The notes: generated by a model from the letters alone, not told the origin. A stretch of DNA of 64,000 nt from Patescibacteria group bacterium (GCA_041671645.1 JBAZBD010000001.1:479234-543233); one strand, 5' to 3'. Counted from the first letter of the stretch, positions 43,969 to 53,537 are shown. Numbers and translations are program-made.

Positions 43969-44758
43969 TATCAACGCAAACAATACAGAATTACGTTTTC
44001 AATCGATCAAGGAGCTCGAGGGGAATGAGCGACTCCTTGCTCTAATTGTCAACCAAATCATGGCTATGAATGAATGGATCGAAGAGATCCATAAGTTTGA
44101 AGCCGAAGCCAAAGTCGAAACAGTGCACACGAAGCGGGTTGCTGAGACGCCTGGCGCCCACACACTTGACCATGGGCGTGTGGTGGCTCATGCCTCAAAA
44201 ATTGAGGAAAGCGCGAAGAAAGATCTTCGAGGTTATCACGCTAGATTGAATAAATTGAAAAGAGCGTTGGCTACAAATCTTGCTCACCTGTTCAGGGATC
44301 TGTCGGCTGAGGGTGACGCGGAGCAAGCTAGGGTTCGGATTCAGGGATTTCTCCAATCAATCAGCGACGAGAAAGCCCGTGTAGACATGGCCGAGCATCG
44401 TTATCCAAATGAAATCGAAAAGCTTAGTATTTATAATGCGCTGGCCAAGAGAGTCGAGGAGTCACGCAAACCGAAAGTTGTCGAACTAGAGGCGAAGGTA
44501 GCTGAGGCCGCGCCAAATCTAACCCCAGCATCTGTCGAGCCGCCTGCAGTTGTGGAAGACCCAGTTATCCCACCACCAGTTGTAGCCGAGGAATCAGTCA
44601 AAGTGGGTGATACTCCACCGGCGGGAGCGACTCCGTTTGTTGACGACGAGCCGGTTGAGGACAAGATTAGCCAGATCGAAAAAATGGGGTCCATATATGA
44701 GCTTACGACCAAACAGCTTGCACCATATTACCCTGGTGAAATAGAAAAAGCAGCATAA
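43961..44758 (+). CDS. Hypothetical protein (265 aa) with Pro/Val-rich C-terminal region
   Basis: 8-nt overlap with the giant gene suggests translational coupling. No recognised domain. Confidence 0.5.
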   Translation: MDNINANNTELRFQSIKELEGNERLLALIVNQIMAMNEWIEEIHKFEAEAKVETVHTKRVAETPGAHTLDHGRVVAHASKIEESAKKDLRGYHARLNKLKRALATNLAHLFRDLSAEGDAEQARVRIQGFLQSISDEKARVDMAEHRYPNEIEKLSIYNALAKRVEESRKPKVVELEAKVAEAAPNLTPASVEPPAVVEDPVIPPPVVAEESVKVGDTPPAGATPFVDDEPVEDKISQIEKMGSIYELTTKQLAPYYPGEIEKAA

Positions 44759-44772
44759 AAAGAAAAATCAAA

Positions 44773-47346
44773 ATGGCAACAAGTTCAAATTATTACAACT
44801 CTACTTCTCAATCACGGAACACTATATCGGCTACCTCAACCCAGGCAGATATGTCCGGGTGGTTTTGGTTTTTCGGCACGACTATCGTCCTTACAGCTCT
44901 GGTTTTGATTGTCGTCTGGATTCGCAAGATGTTGATTCGAAAGTCACAGGTCCAGATCACCCGTGACTGGATAATGTTCAAGGTGATGACGCCGAAGGAG
45001 CGCCATGCAGAGGAGGATGACCAGCGCAAGAATTTTCAGGAGATGTTAGGAGTAATTGAGCCGTTTTATGCCAATCTTCACGCGCTTTTTGACAACAATT
45101 TGTTCGCCAAAATGTTCAAACGCCAGACCCATATATCTCTCGAGCTGGTGGCCAAGGAAGGTCGGATATTCTTCTATGTCGGCTGTTCGAAAAAGATCTC
45201 TTCGATAGTTCTGAAGAATCTCCAGGCCCAATATCCTCACTCTGAGGTTCGCGAGGAGAAGGATTATTCAATTTTTCCAGACAAGCCGCTCAAAATGGAT
45301 GTGACCAGCGTCACCCTGACACGGCGTTACATGTTTCCGATCAAAACTTACAAAATGCTTGAAGAGGATCCGCTCAACGCGATCACCAATTCACTCTCGC
45401 GATTGACAGAGAATGAATTGGCCGGCATCCAGATATTGGTACGACCAACCTCAGGGTTATGGCGATTGGCGGGCGAGCGAACTGCCTATAACATTCAACA
45501 TGGCAAATCTCGAGTCTCATATTCCAACACTTGGTGGGTCAGAGCAGGAGAGTCATTCTTCAATTTTGTTAGCAGCTCGGCTAGCATGGTGGGCGGCAAC
45601 AAGGAGCAGAACGAGACAGAGTATCAGAGCTCGATGAGAAAATTGACTCCAATGCAGGAGAACACAGTCAAGCTACTCGGCGAGAAGGCAGCCAAGATCG
45701 GATTTGAATGCCAAATCAGAATTGTCGGAGTAGGGGAGACCGACAAGGACGCCGAGAATGTGACGAAGAATATTGCTGCCTCTTTTAACCAGTTCAACGC
45801 ACCTGACTCCAATGGACTTTGGAAAAAGGAACCAAAAAAGAAAAACGAAGAATTGGCCAACTATATTTTCCGAGTATTTTCATCTGGTAGTGTCTCAATA
45901 TTAAATACCGAGGAGCTTGCTTCTCTTTATCATTTCCCAAATCGTTATATTGATACTCCAAATATCGTCTGGCTGTTGTCTCGCAAAGAGCCGCCACCAG
46001 CCAATTTGCCCTCCGAAGGTACTATCGTTGGTAAATCGCTCTATCGAGGTCAGGAGAAATTCATTCGTATCAAGGAAGCAGATCGTCTACGCCACATCTA
46101 CCAAATCGGTAAAACTGGTGTGGGTAAAACTGTTATGTTCCAAAACATGATTCGTCAGGATATCGAAGAGGGTAAGGGTGTTTGCTATCTTGATCCAAAT
46201 GGTGACGCCGCCGAGTGGATATTGAATCACATTCCGAAGGAACGCGCTGAGGATGTCATCTACTTCAATCCGGCTGATAGAGAGAGGCCATTTGGTTTGA
46301 ATATGCTGGAGTGGAAGACGCCAGAGCAGAGAGACTTCTTGGTCCAGGAATCTATCCAAATATTTTACAAATTGTTTGACCCCAATCAGACTGGTATGGT
46401 TGGTCCGCAGTTTGAGCACTGGATGAGAAATGCGGCATTGACTTTGATGATGCATCCAGACGGCGGCACTATCATCGATATCCCACGCCTCTTTACTGAT
46501 CCAGATTTTGAAAAGGATCGTGTCAAATATGTGACAGATCCTGTGGTTAAATCTTTCTGGGAAAAGCAGATGGCCAAGACGGCTGATTTCCACAAATCTG
46601 AAATGTTGAATTACTTCACCTCCAAGTTTGGTAGATTCATGACCAACGACATGATGAGGAATATTCTAGGTCAGACCAAGTCATCCTTTGATTTCCGCGA
46701 GATCATGGACACCAAGAAAATTTTGATCTGCAATCTCTCCAAGGGATTGATCGGCGAAATTAATGCCTTCTTGCTTGGTATGGTGATCGTATCCAAGATT
46801 GCCATGGGTGCCTTCTCCCGTCAGGAAATTCCCGAGAATGAACGTGTTCCTTTTTACCTCTATGTTGATGAGTTTCAAAACTTTATTACCGATGTTTTCG
46901 CCACGATTTTGTCAGAGTCTCGTAAATACAAACTGAGCTTGAATATCACCAACCAGTACATCGAGCAGTTAGATGAGAAGATTCGTGCCGCTGTCGTGGG
47001 CAACGCTGGTACTTTGATTGCCTTCCGCATGGGCGCCGCTGACGCAGAATTCTTCCAGAAGGAGTTTGACCCGCTCAAGCCTGATGATCTGACAAATATT
47101 GACAAGTATAATTTCTACATTAAGATGCTGATCGACGGCGCGCCAACCCGACCTTTCAATGGTCAGAGCATCTGGCCAGAGGACTTTGAAGGCAATCCCA
47201 AGCTAGGGACCGCGATTAAAGAGCTCTCAAGGCTGAAGTATGGCAAACCCAGAGAAATCATAGAGACGGAGATATTGGAGAGATCGAAGGTTGACAGTAT
47301 TGATCTGCCAGGTCTCAAATCAACTGGCGGAGCACCGACGTCATAA
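44773..47346 (+). CDS. Membrane-anchored FtsK/HerA/TraD-superfamily ATPase (type IV secretion coupling-protein-like), paralog 1
   Basis: N-terminal TM (WFWFFGTTIVLTALVLIVVWI). Walker A GKTGVGKT. Walker B …LYVDEFQNF. HerA/FtsK-type arginine-finger/sensor SESRKYKLSLNITNQY. Conserved block …YHFPNRYIDTPNIVW… shared with ORF 49205. Confidence 0.7.
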   Translation: MATSSNYYNSTSQSRNTISATSTQADMSGWFWFFGTTIVLTALVLIVVWIRKMLIRKSQVQITRDWIMFKVMTPKERHAEEDDQRKNFQEMLGVIEPFYANLHALFDNNLFAKMFKRQTHISLELVAKEGRIFFYVGCSKKISSIVLKNLQAQYPHSEVREEKDYSIFPDKPLKMDVTSVTLTRRYMFPIKTYKMLEEDPLNAITNSLSRLTENELAGIQILVRPTSGLWRLAGERTAYNIQHGKSRVSYSNTWWVRAGESFFNFVSSSASMVGGNKEQNETEYQSSMRKLTPMQENTVKLLGEKAAKIGFECQIRIVGVGETDKDAENVTKNIAASFNQFNAPDSNGLWKKEPKKKNEELANYIFRVFSSGSVSILNTEELASLYHFPNRYIDTPNIVWLLSRKEPPPANLPSEGTIVGKSLYRGQEKFIRIKEADRLRHIYQIGKTGVGKTVMFQNMIRQDIEEGKGVCYLDPNGDAAEWILNHIPKERAEDVIYFNPADRERPFGLNMLEWKTPEQRDFLVQESIQIFYKLFDPNQTGMVGPQFEHWMRNAALTLMMHPDGGTIIDIPRLFTDPDFEKDRVKYVTDPVVKSFWEKQMAKTADFHKSEMLNYFTSKFGRFMTNDMMRNILGQTKSSFDFREIMDTKKILICNLSKGLIGEINAFLLGMVIVSKIAMGAFSRQEIPENERVPFYLYVDEFQNFITDVFATILSESRKYKLSLNITNQYIEQLDEKIRAAVVGNAGTLIAFRMGAADAEFFQKEFDPLKPDDLTNIDKYNFYIKMLIDGAPTRPFNGQSIWPEDFEGNPKLGTAIKELSRLKYGKPREIIETEILERSKVDSIDLPGLKSTGGAPTS

Positions 47347-47372
47347 AGTCGAAAGTCCATAAAGTCCATAAA
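47344..47372. repeat. AAAGTCN tandem repeat (aaagtcgaaagtccataaagtccataaag)
   Basis: Directly after the ATPase stop. Same repeat family as inside tgt (36246-36273) and ileS (9826-9858). Confidence 0.6.
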
Positions 47373-47386
47373 GCATATGGTACAAA

Positions 47387-47413
47387 ATCAGCACGAAAAT
47401 GTGCTGATTTTTG
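47387..47413 (+). terminator. Rho-independent terminator
   Basis: ATCAGCAC-GAAAAT-GTGCTGAT followed by TTTTG. Confidence 0.85.
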
Positions 47414-47515
47414 TAGTTAATATTAGAACATAAAAGTGTTGACGATGGCGATCTAATGTGGTAAGATATTCCACGAGGTCAAAAATAATTGCCGTGAAAA
47501 CGGCTCAAAACAAAA

Positions 47516-48019
47516 ATGCCAACTGAGAAAGATCTCTCAAATATCAAACAGCTCCTTGATTCAGCCGAGAACAATATTCGCTTGGCACGCTCCCTAATGT
47601 TTTCGCGTGAAGTGTTAGTCAAGAGCGAGCGTAGCGAAGCCTCAAACGAAGAGAGCGAGAGCGTCGTGGAAGGGATATTTGACGGCGAGCGGATGGTTAC
47701 TTCAAGCGGAAAGACTTATTCAGTCCCTGCGAATTATGCCTCGAAATCCAAGCTCGTAACTGGCGACACTCTCAAGTTGACTATTCCTGAAGACGGAAGC
47801 TTTATTTTCAAACAAATCGGTCCAGTCGAGCGCAAGAAACTGGTTGGTTTGTTGGAAGATATGGGCGACAATGTCTATACGGTTACGGCTGGCGGCACCA
47901 AATATCGTGTTCTGGCCGCCTCAATCACTTATTTCAAAGCTAAAATCGGGGACAGGGTAAGTATTCTTGTCCCAGAAGATTCAGCAAGCGAGTGGGCAGC
48001 AGTCGAAAATATTATTTAA
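47516..48019 (+). CDS. Hypothetical protein (167 aa)
   Basis: ORF with acidic N-terminus. No recognised domain. Confidence 0.45.
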   Translation: MPTEKDLSNIKQLLDSAENNIRLARSLMFSREVLVKSERSEASNEESESVVEGIFDGERMVTSSGKTYSVPANYASKSKLVTGDTLKLTIPEDGSFIFKQIGPVERKKLVGLLEDMGDNVYTVTAGGTKYRVLAASITYFKAKIGDRVSILVPEDSASEWAAVENII

Positions 48020-48042
48020 ATATTTAATCAATAAAGTAATAA

Positions 48043-49083
48043 ATGGAAAATCGCATGACAGTCAAAAACTTTTCTCCCTACAAAATTGTAAGAGAGGCAA
48101 TCAGCGGCTTAAAACCAAACGAACGTAAGGTTATAGCTAGCCGTTTTGGTGTTGATACTGATCACAAAACACTGTCATCCATCGGTCGTGAGCTTGGACT
48201 TTCACGCGAAAGAATTCGTCAGATCGAAAAAGACGGTCTTCGCAAGCTTGCTAAATCTATCGTTGAAGATAACAACTCATATATTATCGATATCGTTGAC
48301 GCTTTTGAGAAACAGGGCGGTATTTCTAGCCACAACAAAATCGCTGAGAAATTCCTCGACGAAGTAATGCACAAAGACAAGAATGAGTTCAACTCGCTTC
48401 ACCTGATCTTCCTTTTGATGCCACAGATCATCAAGATCGAGCGTACACAAGAGCTCGAAGCTGGTTGGATGCTTGGGTCTGTCTCCAAAGATGACATAGT
48501 CTCAATCATCGATGCTTGGGTCACACATTTGAAGAAACAAAAACGTCCAGAGAATATTGATATTTTGGTCCAATCTCATCCAACTCAATCCAAATACAAG
48601 ATGACCTTCCTTTCAGAACTTCCAGAAATTTCCAAACGACTTGTTCGCACCGAATCTGGTGAAATCGGTCTGTCTGTCTGGCCTGAAGTCAACCCAAAGA
48701 ATGTCAGAGACAAAATCTACTTTATTCTTAAAAAGTATGAAAAACCTCTCCATTTCAACGAAATCGCTGCCAAGATCAAGGATCAGAGCTTCGATGGTAA
48801 GGACATTGTCCGCGCTACCGTTCACAATGAGTTGATTGCTGATGAACGTTTCGTCTTGGTTGGCCGTGGGATCTACGCTCTGTCAGAATGGGGCTACAAA
48901 GAGGGGACTGTCGCCGAAATCATTTCTGAAATTCTATCCAAGAATCCCGAAGGCATGACCGCAGAGGATATCGTCAAGGCAGTGTCCAAACAGAGAATTG
49001 TGAAGAAAAATACCATCCTTATAAATCTTCAGACAAAGCCACTATTTAAAAAAGTTGGCAAGTCAAAATTTGCTCTAAAATAA
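48043..49083 (+). CDS. Sigma-70 region 4-like HTH DNA-binding protein with uncharacterised C-terminal domains
   Basis: N-terminal SGLKPNERKVIASRFGVD…TLSSIGRELGLSRERIRQIEKDGLRKL matches sigma70 region 4 (-35 recognition HTH). The remaining ~270 aa are unassigned. Confidence 0.6.
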   Translation: MENRMTVKNFSPYKIVREAISGLKPNERKVIASRFGVDTDHKTLSSIGRELGLSRERIRQIEKDGLRKLAKSIVEDNNSYIIDIVDAFEKQGGISSHNKIAEKFLDEVMHKDKNEFNSLHLIFLLMPQIIKIERTQELEAGWMLGSVSKDDIVSIIDAWVTHLKKQKRPENIDILVQSHPTQSKYKMTFLSELPEISKRLVRTESGEIGLSVWPEVNPKNVRDKIYFILKKYEKPLHFNEIAAKIKDQSFDGKDIVRATVHNELIADERFVLVGRGIYALSEWGYKEGTVAEIISEILSKNPEGMTAEDIVKAVSKQRIVKKNTILINLQTKPLFKKVGKSKFALK

Positions 49084-49106
49084 GCACATTGTCAGTACTC
49101 AAAGAA

Positions 49107-49140
49107 AGCTCACAGGCCTTGGCCTGTGAGCTTTTGTGTT
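49107..49140 (+). terminator. Rho-independent terminator
   Basis: Perfect 12-bp stem AGCTCACAGGCC-TT-GGCCTGTGAGCT followed by TTTTG. Confidence 0.9.
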
Positions 49141-49204
49141 TGTGGACTTTATAAACATTTATTTGTATAATTAGATTAATGTCTCTATCGGCCAATTTTT
49201 ATAT

Positions 49205-52200
49205 ATGAATTTTATACTATACGTAATTTACTTCGTCTTAATCGTTGGACCAATATACTTAATATGGGCAATTGCTAATATGAACAAAAAAATCAAAAAA
49301 GTCGACTGGCTAGCCGCTCAAGAATACACAGTATTGCGTATAGATGTACCGCGCAACAACGAGAAGTCGCCGATGGCCGCTGAGCAAATGTTTGCCGCTA
49401 TTCATGGTATCTACTCCGAATCTGCCGAATTCCAAAATCATCTGAGCTTCGAGATAGTCTCAAAAGATAAGTTCATTCAATTCTATATCTATTTGCCTTT
49501 GCACTTGAAGGATTTCGTAGAGGGTCAGATCTATGCTCAATATCCGACTGTCGAGATTAATGAAGTCGATGATTATGCCCAGAATGCCAGTATTGGCTCC
49601 AAAGATTATGCCATCTGCGAACTTAATTTGACCAAGCCAGATGTCTATCCAATCAAAACCTTTACAGATTTCGATGTAGACCCGATTTCATCTATCACTT
49701 CCGTCATGACCAAGCTTGGCGAGGATGAGGAAGTCTGGGTTCAATTTGTGATCAAGCCAATAGGGGATGAGTGGCAGGAAAAAGGTCATGAAATGGTCTC
49801 TTCTGTCCGAAACGGCACCAATATTGCCAAGGTTGGACTCGGCCGTGCTATCGCAAGTGGTTTTGCAAAATTTGGCAAAGCTTTAGTCTTGCAGGCGATC
49901 AGACCTGGCGTCGACTTGGATCAGCCAGAAAAGGAAGTCAAATTGCCATCTGCCGTAGAGGACGCCCTCAAGAATATTGAGCTCAAAATCACCAAACTTG
50001 GATTCGAGACCAAAATCAGGGTATTGGCTCTCGGGACCGATCCAACTCTGACCAAAGCTAAATGCCAAAATATCGCTGCAACGTTCAAGCAGTTTAATTC
50101 GACCACCCTAAACGGTTTCAAAATAGGGGAAGTCCATATCAACAATCAGACCTCATTCAAGGATTTCGTATATCGCTCGTTTGAAGATGACGGCGCGATC
50201 CTCAATATCGCTGAAATTGCTTCAATATTCCATTTACCATCTAGTTCAGTCTCGACCCCAAATATTGTTTGGTCTGGCTCCAAGAAGGGAGAACCACCTT
50301 CCAACTTACCGCTTCGAACAAACACTGAAGAATCTCAATTTACAGTGCTTGGACTTACGAATTTTCGGAATAATTTACAGGAGTTTGGCATCAAAACTGA
50401 TGATCGCCGACGACATATTTATATTATTGGTAAATCTGGTACTGGTAAGTCCACATTGATCGAGAATATGGTGATCAACGATATCGCGGCCGGCAAAGGC
50501 GTAATCCTAATTGATCCGCATGGAGAAACTGCGGACAAGATTTTGGCGTGTACTCCTGACAGTCGTATCAACGATGTTATAGTCTTTGATCCTTCCGATC
50601 GCGAATTTCCTGTCGCCTTCAACCTATTGGAAACGGTCGATGATGATTTTAAGGGGATTGTCGCATCTGGTTTTGTTGGAATCTTCAAGAAGATATTTGG
50701 TGAATCATGGGGACCTAGACTTGAGCATATTCTTCGAAATACTGTTTTGGCGCTTCTGGATTGTCCCGATTCCACCATGCTGGACATCCCCAAGATGTTG
50801 ACCAACAACAGGTTCCGCGACAAGATCGTCGAGCAGGTTAAAGATTCGGTGATCCGAGACTTCTGGGTCAATGAATTCGCACAATATGATAGCAAATTTA
50901 GGACTGAGGCTGTTTCACCAATTTTGAACAAAGTTGGGCAGTTCCTGGCCACTTCGACTATTCGAAACATTGTCGGTCAAGCACATTCTCGTCTGAACAT
51001 TCGTGAAGTCATGGACCAGCAGAAGGTAATGATTGTAAATCTATCTCGTGGCAAGATCGGAGAAGACAACTCTGCGCTTCTCGGCGCGATGATGATTACC
51101 AAGATTCAGCTTGCCGCGATGAGCCGTGCTGATGTCACAATCGAGAATAGACCAGATTGTTTCCTCTACGTGGACGAGTTTCAGAACTTTGCGACTGACT
51201 CTTTCGCTACGATTCTTTCCGAGGCTCGAAAGTATAATCTGTCCCTTACTATTGCTCATCAATACATCGCTCAAATGCCTGACCCGGTCAAAGAAGCAGT
51301 ATTTGGCAATGCGGGTACCCTGATCTCATTCCGTGTTGGTGGATCTGACGCTGTGACGCTGGTCAAAGAGTATGCTCCTGTTTTTGAAGAAAACGATATG
51401 GTTAATCTCGAGAAGGCTCATATCTATATCAAACTTCTAATCGATGGTATAGCACCGCCAGCTTTCTCTGCCAGAACTCTGCCACCAGTCGCCAAATTGA
51501 CCGGCAACTATGATCAGGTTGTGAACCAATCTCACCAAAAATATTCTGTCGCGCGCAGTACCGTCGAGGCTCAGATTGATGGTAAGTCAAGTCAGGAAGA
51601 GGAAGAGCTGAAAAGAGAGGCTGAAATCTTCAAATCTGGCGGACTCGAAGCGCTTCTGACAAAACGTGGCGCCGCTTCACCTAGTTCGGAGCCAGAGGAC
51701 CGCGCTCCCGAAAAGGAAACCGTCAACTCCGCATTTATCCCAGAGGAGGCGCAAGCCGAGCCAAAGCCTCTTGTAGACTCTGAGCCAGAAGATAAACCTG
51801 TATACAAGTCTGAACCAGTATCTCAGCCAGAATCAGCAAAGCTAGAAGAACATGCTAATCGCGAAGACGTAGCCTCAGTAAAACATGAAAGCCATGAAAA
51901 ACCCGAAGAGCCTACTAAGTCAGACGAGCCAAGAATCCTGAAGTGGCAGAACGTTATAGAGGGCAAGGTCTACAAGGAGCGCACAGCACGAGGTAATGTG
52001 AAGTGGTATGTTGGCGACGAGGTCGACGAGGAGAAGCTTCTCAAGGCCGGTGTAGTCTTGGACGACAAGGCGAAGCGAATCATTGCGCTAACCGCCAAAC
52101 TCGCAGATCATGATGGCACCCAGAAAAAAAATGTAGTAGGGGAGAGCGATTCTATCCGTCCCGAAAAAGTGGACAATCTATTGGAGCCAAAAGAAGTACC

Positions 52201-52477
52201 AAGCACTGCGATCGTAGAATCAAATTTGCTTCCAGAAATTGCGCCAAATATATTACCTGCTTTTCAACCGGAGAATCTACCAGAGAAACACGAAGCAGAC
52301 AGTCCTGCGCTTGCCCACTCGATATTGTCGCCGAATGAAGAGAAGGAACTGCCGAAGACTGATCATGCTGAGGCGCCAACTAAACATGCCGAATCTCATC
52401 ATGTGACGCATCATCACGCTACCCATCTAGCGGAAGGCCAGTCGGTTAAGCTACACCACAAAGAGGAAGATAAATAG
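49205..52477 (+). CDS. Membrane-anchored FtsK/HerA/TraD-superfamily ATPase, paralog 2, with long low-complexity His-rich C-terminal tail
   Basis: N-terminal TM. …FHLPSSSVSTPNIVW… block. Walker A GKSGTGKST. Walker B FLYVDEFQNF. EARKYNLSLTIAHQY. The C-terminal ~330 aa is E/P/K-rich and ends HAESHHVTHHHATHLAEGQSVKLHHKEEDK. Confidence 0.7.
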   Translation: MNFILYVIYFVLIVGPIYLIWAIANMNKKIKKVDWLAAQEYTVLRIDVPRNNEKSPMAAEQMFAAIHGIYSESAEFQNHLSFEIVSKDKFIQFYIYLPLHLKDFVEGQIYAQYPTVEINEVDDYAQNASIGSKDYAICELNLTKPDVYPIKTFTDFDVDPISSITSVMTKLGEDEEVWVQFVIKPIGDEWQEKGHEMVSSVRNGTNIAKVGLGRAIASGFAKFGKALVLQAIRPGVDLDQPEKEVKLPSAVEDALKNIELKITKLGFETKIRVLALGTDPTLTKAKCQNIAATFKQFNSTTLNGFKIGEVHINNQTSFKDFVYRSFEDDGAILNIAEIASIFHLPSSSVSTPNIVWSGSKKGEPPSNLPLRTNTEESQFTVLGLTNFRNNLQEFGIKTDDRRRHIYIIGKSGTGKSTLIENMVINDIAAGKGVILIDPHGETADKILACTPDSRINDVIVFDPSDREFPVAFNLLETVDDDFKGIVASGFVGIFKKIFGESWGPRLEHILRNTVLALLDCPDSTMLDIPKMLTNNRFRDKIVEQVKDSVIRDFWVNEFAQYDSKFRTEAVSPILNKVGQFLATSTIRNIVGQAHSRLNIREVMDQQKVMIVNLSRGKIGEDNSALLGAMMITKIQLAAMSRADVTIENRPDCFLYVDEFQNFATDSFATILSEARKYNLSLTIAHQYIAQMPDPVKEAVFGNAGTLISFRVGGSDAVTLVKEYAPVFEENDMVNLEKAHIYIKLLIDGIAPPAFSARTLPPVAKLTGNYDQVVNQSHQKYSVARSTVEAQIDGKSSQEEEELKREAEIFKSGGLEALLTKRGAASPSSEPEDRAPEKETVNSAFIPEEAQAEPKPLVDSEPEDKPVYKSEPVSQPESAKLEEHANREDVASVKHESHEKPEEPTKSDEPRILKWQNVIEGKVYKERTARGNVKWYVGDEVDEEKLLKAGVVLDDKAKRIIALTAKLADHDGTQKKNVVGESDSIRPEKVDNLLEPKEVPSTAIVESNLLPEIAPNILPAFQPENLPEKHEADSPALAHSILSPNEEKELPKTDHAEAPTKHAESHHVTHHHATHLAEGQSVKLHHKEEDK

Positions 52478-52538
52478 AGATAGATACTAGTGAATAGGGA
52501 AGACTCAGGCGGAAGCCAGGGTCTTTTCTTTTATCTAC

Positions 52539-52557
52539 CGGAGAAGTCCGTTTTTTC
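52539..52557 (+). terminator. Rho-independent terminator
   Basis: CGGA-GAAG-TCCG followed by TTTTTTC. A second weaker hairpin + T-tract lies at 52501-52532. Confidence 0.65.
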
Positions 52558-52995
52558 TAGAAGCCTTGGGGGAGTGATAGATATTCATCAAAGTATATGG
52601 CATGAGCTATATGGGGTAGCACAAATGTTGTAGAGGAGGCAGGGGCCCCGGATTATTTTGGTGCAAATAAACGGTGCAAATATGAACTTCCCCAAAATAG
52701 GGTGTTTGGGGGAAGTGAGTTCCTACGAACTAATTATGTCGCATAACATACATTATACGACATTAGCCAAAACCCGGAGAAGGACCTCTACCCTATCCAT
52801 TTATCCATATTTTTGGTTATGTCTATTTGCCGTATATATCTAGACATTTATTCTGATGCGTCCGCCCTTACATTCTTCGCTAGTTGTCCTACCATTTTGC
52901 TGTTAACTTTACCAATCAAACAATTTCGCATAACTCTTATTACAATTGCTGCAATAATACTCATTTCGAGCTTGCCATACGTCCAAAATACACTC

Positions 52996-53028
52996 AAAAA
53001 GCCCCAGAATGGCTTCTGCGGCGTTTTT
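52996..53028. terminator. Bidirectional terminator (A5-hairpin-T5)
   Basis: AAAAA-GCCCCAGAA-TGG-CTTCTGCGGC-G-TTTTT. Serves the minus-strand gene ending at 53055 and plus-strand transcripts. Confidence 0.7.
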
Positions 53029-53054
53029 CATACTCTGTATGATAATTTGTACCT

Positions 53055-53420
53055 TTAGTTCATTTCTTCAACTTTGGCGGACCGTCTTTTGATACTTGAA
53101 ACTGTAAAAGTTTTGATTGAGCCAATGTTGGAAAGTATACGAATGGTAAATGCGATGATGATTGCTAGGTATAGGTCCAGGTTTAATTTGTCGCCAAAGA
53201 ATGTTATGACCATGGCGATTATCATGTTAAACAAAAGGCCTGATACAAAGACAGTGGTATCATACTTTTTCTCAACCTGCGCTTTTACCGCGCCAAAAAT
53301 AGAGTCGAGAAGACCGATTATTGCGACTGCAGTGTATCGAGTGTATTCCGGTGGAATATCAAATTGCAGGAAAGCTCCAACTGATAGTCCTAAAATTAAG
53401 CCCAAGGCAATTAATAACAT
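53055..53420 (-). CDS. Small membrane protein, DUF1290 (Sbp-like)
   Basis: MLLIALGLILGLSVGAFLQFDIPPEYTRYTAVAIIGLLDSIFGAVKAQ…LYLAIIIAFTIRILSNI resembles the Sbp/DUF1290 small basic proteins. Confidence 0.6.
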   Translation of the reverse strand: MLLIALGLILGLSVGAFLQFDIPPEYTRYTAVAIIGLLDSIFGAVKAQVEKKYDTTVFVSGLLFNMIIAMVITFFGDKLNLDLYLAIIIAFTIRILSNIGSIKTFTVSSIKRRSAKVEEMN

Positions 53421-53537
53421 TATATTTCTTCCTTCTATTTGAAAATCTATTTTTGTCCATTATCTACAAACTAGATCCGTAGATATGTCGATTATTCTTA
53501 AATAAATAATTTTCGCAAATAGGCGGAAGGCACTCCC

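Noticed and set aside
46087-46593. 168-aa minus-strand ORF inside ATPase gene 44773..47346 (similar shadows at 50419..50970 and 39528..39938)
   Set aside because: These are shadow ORFs antisense to long, motif-bearing plus-strand genes, with no independent start signals.
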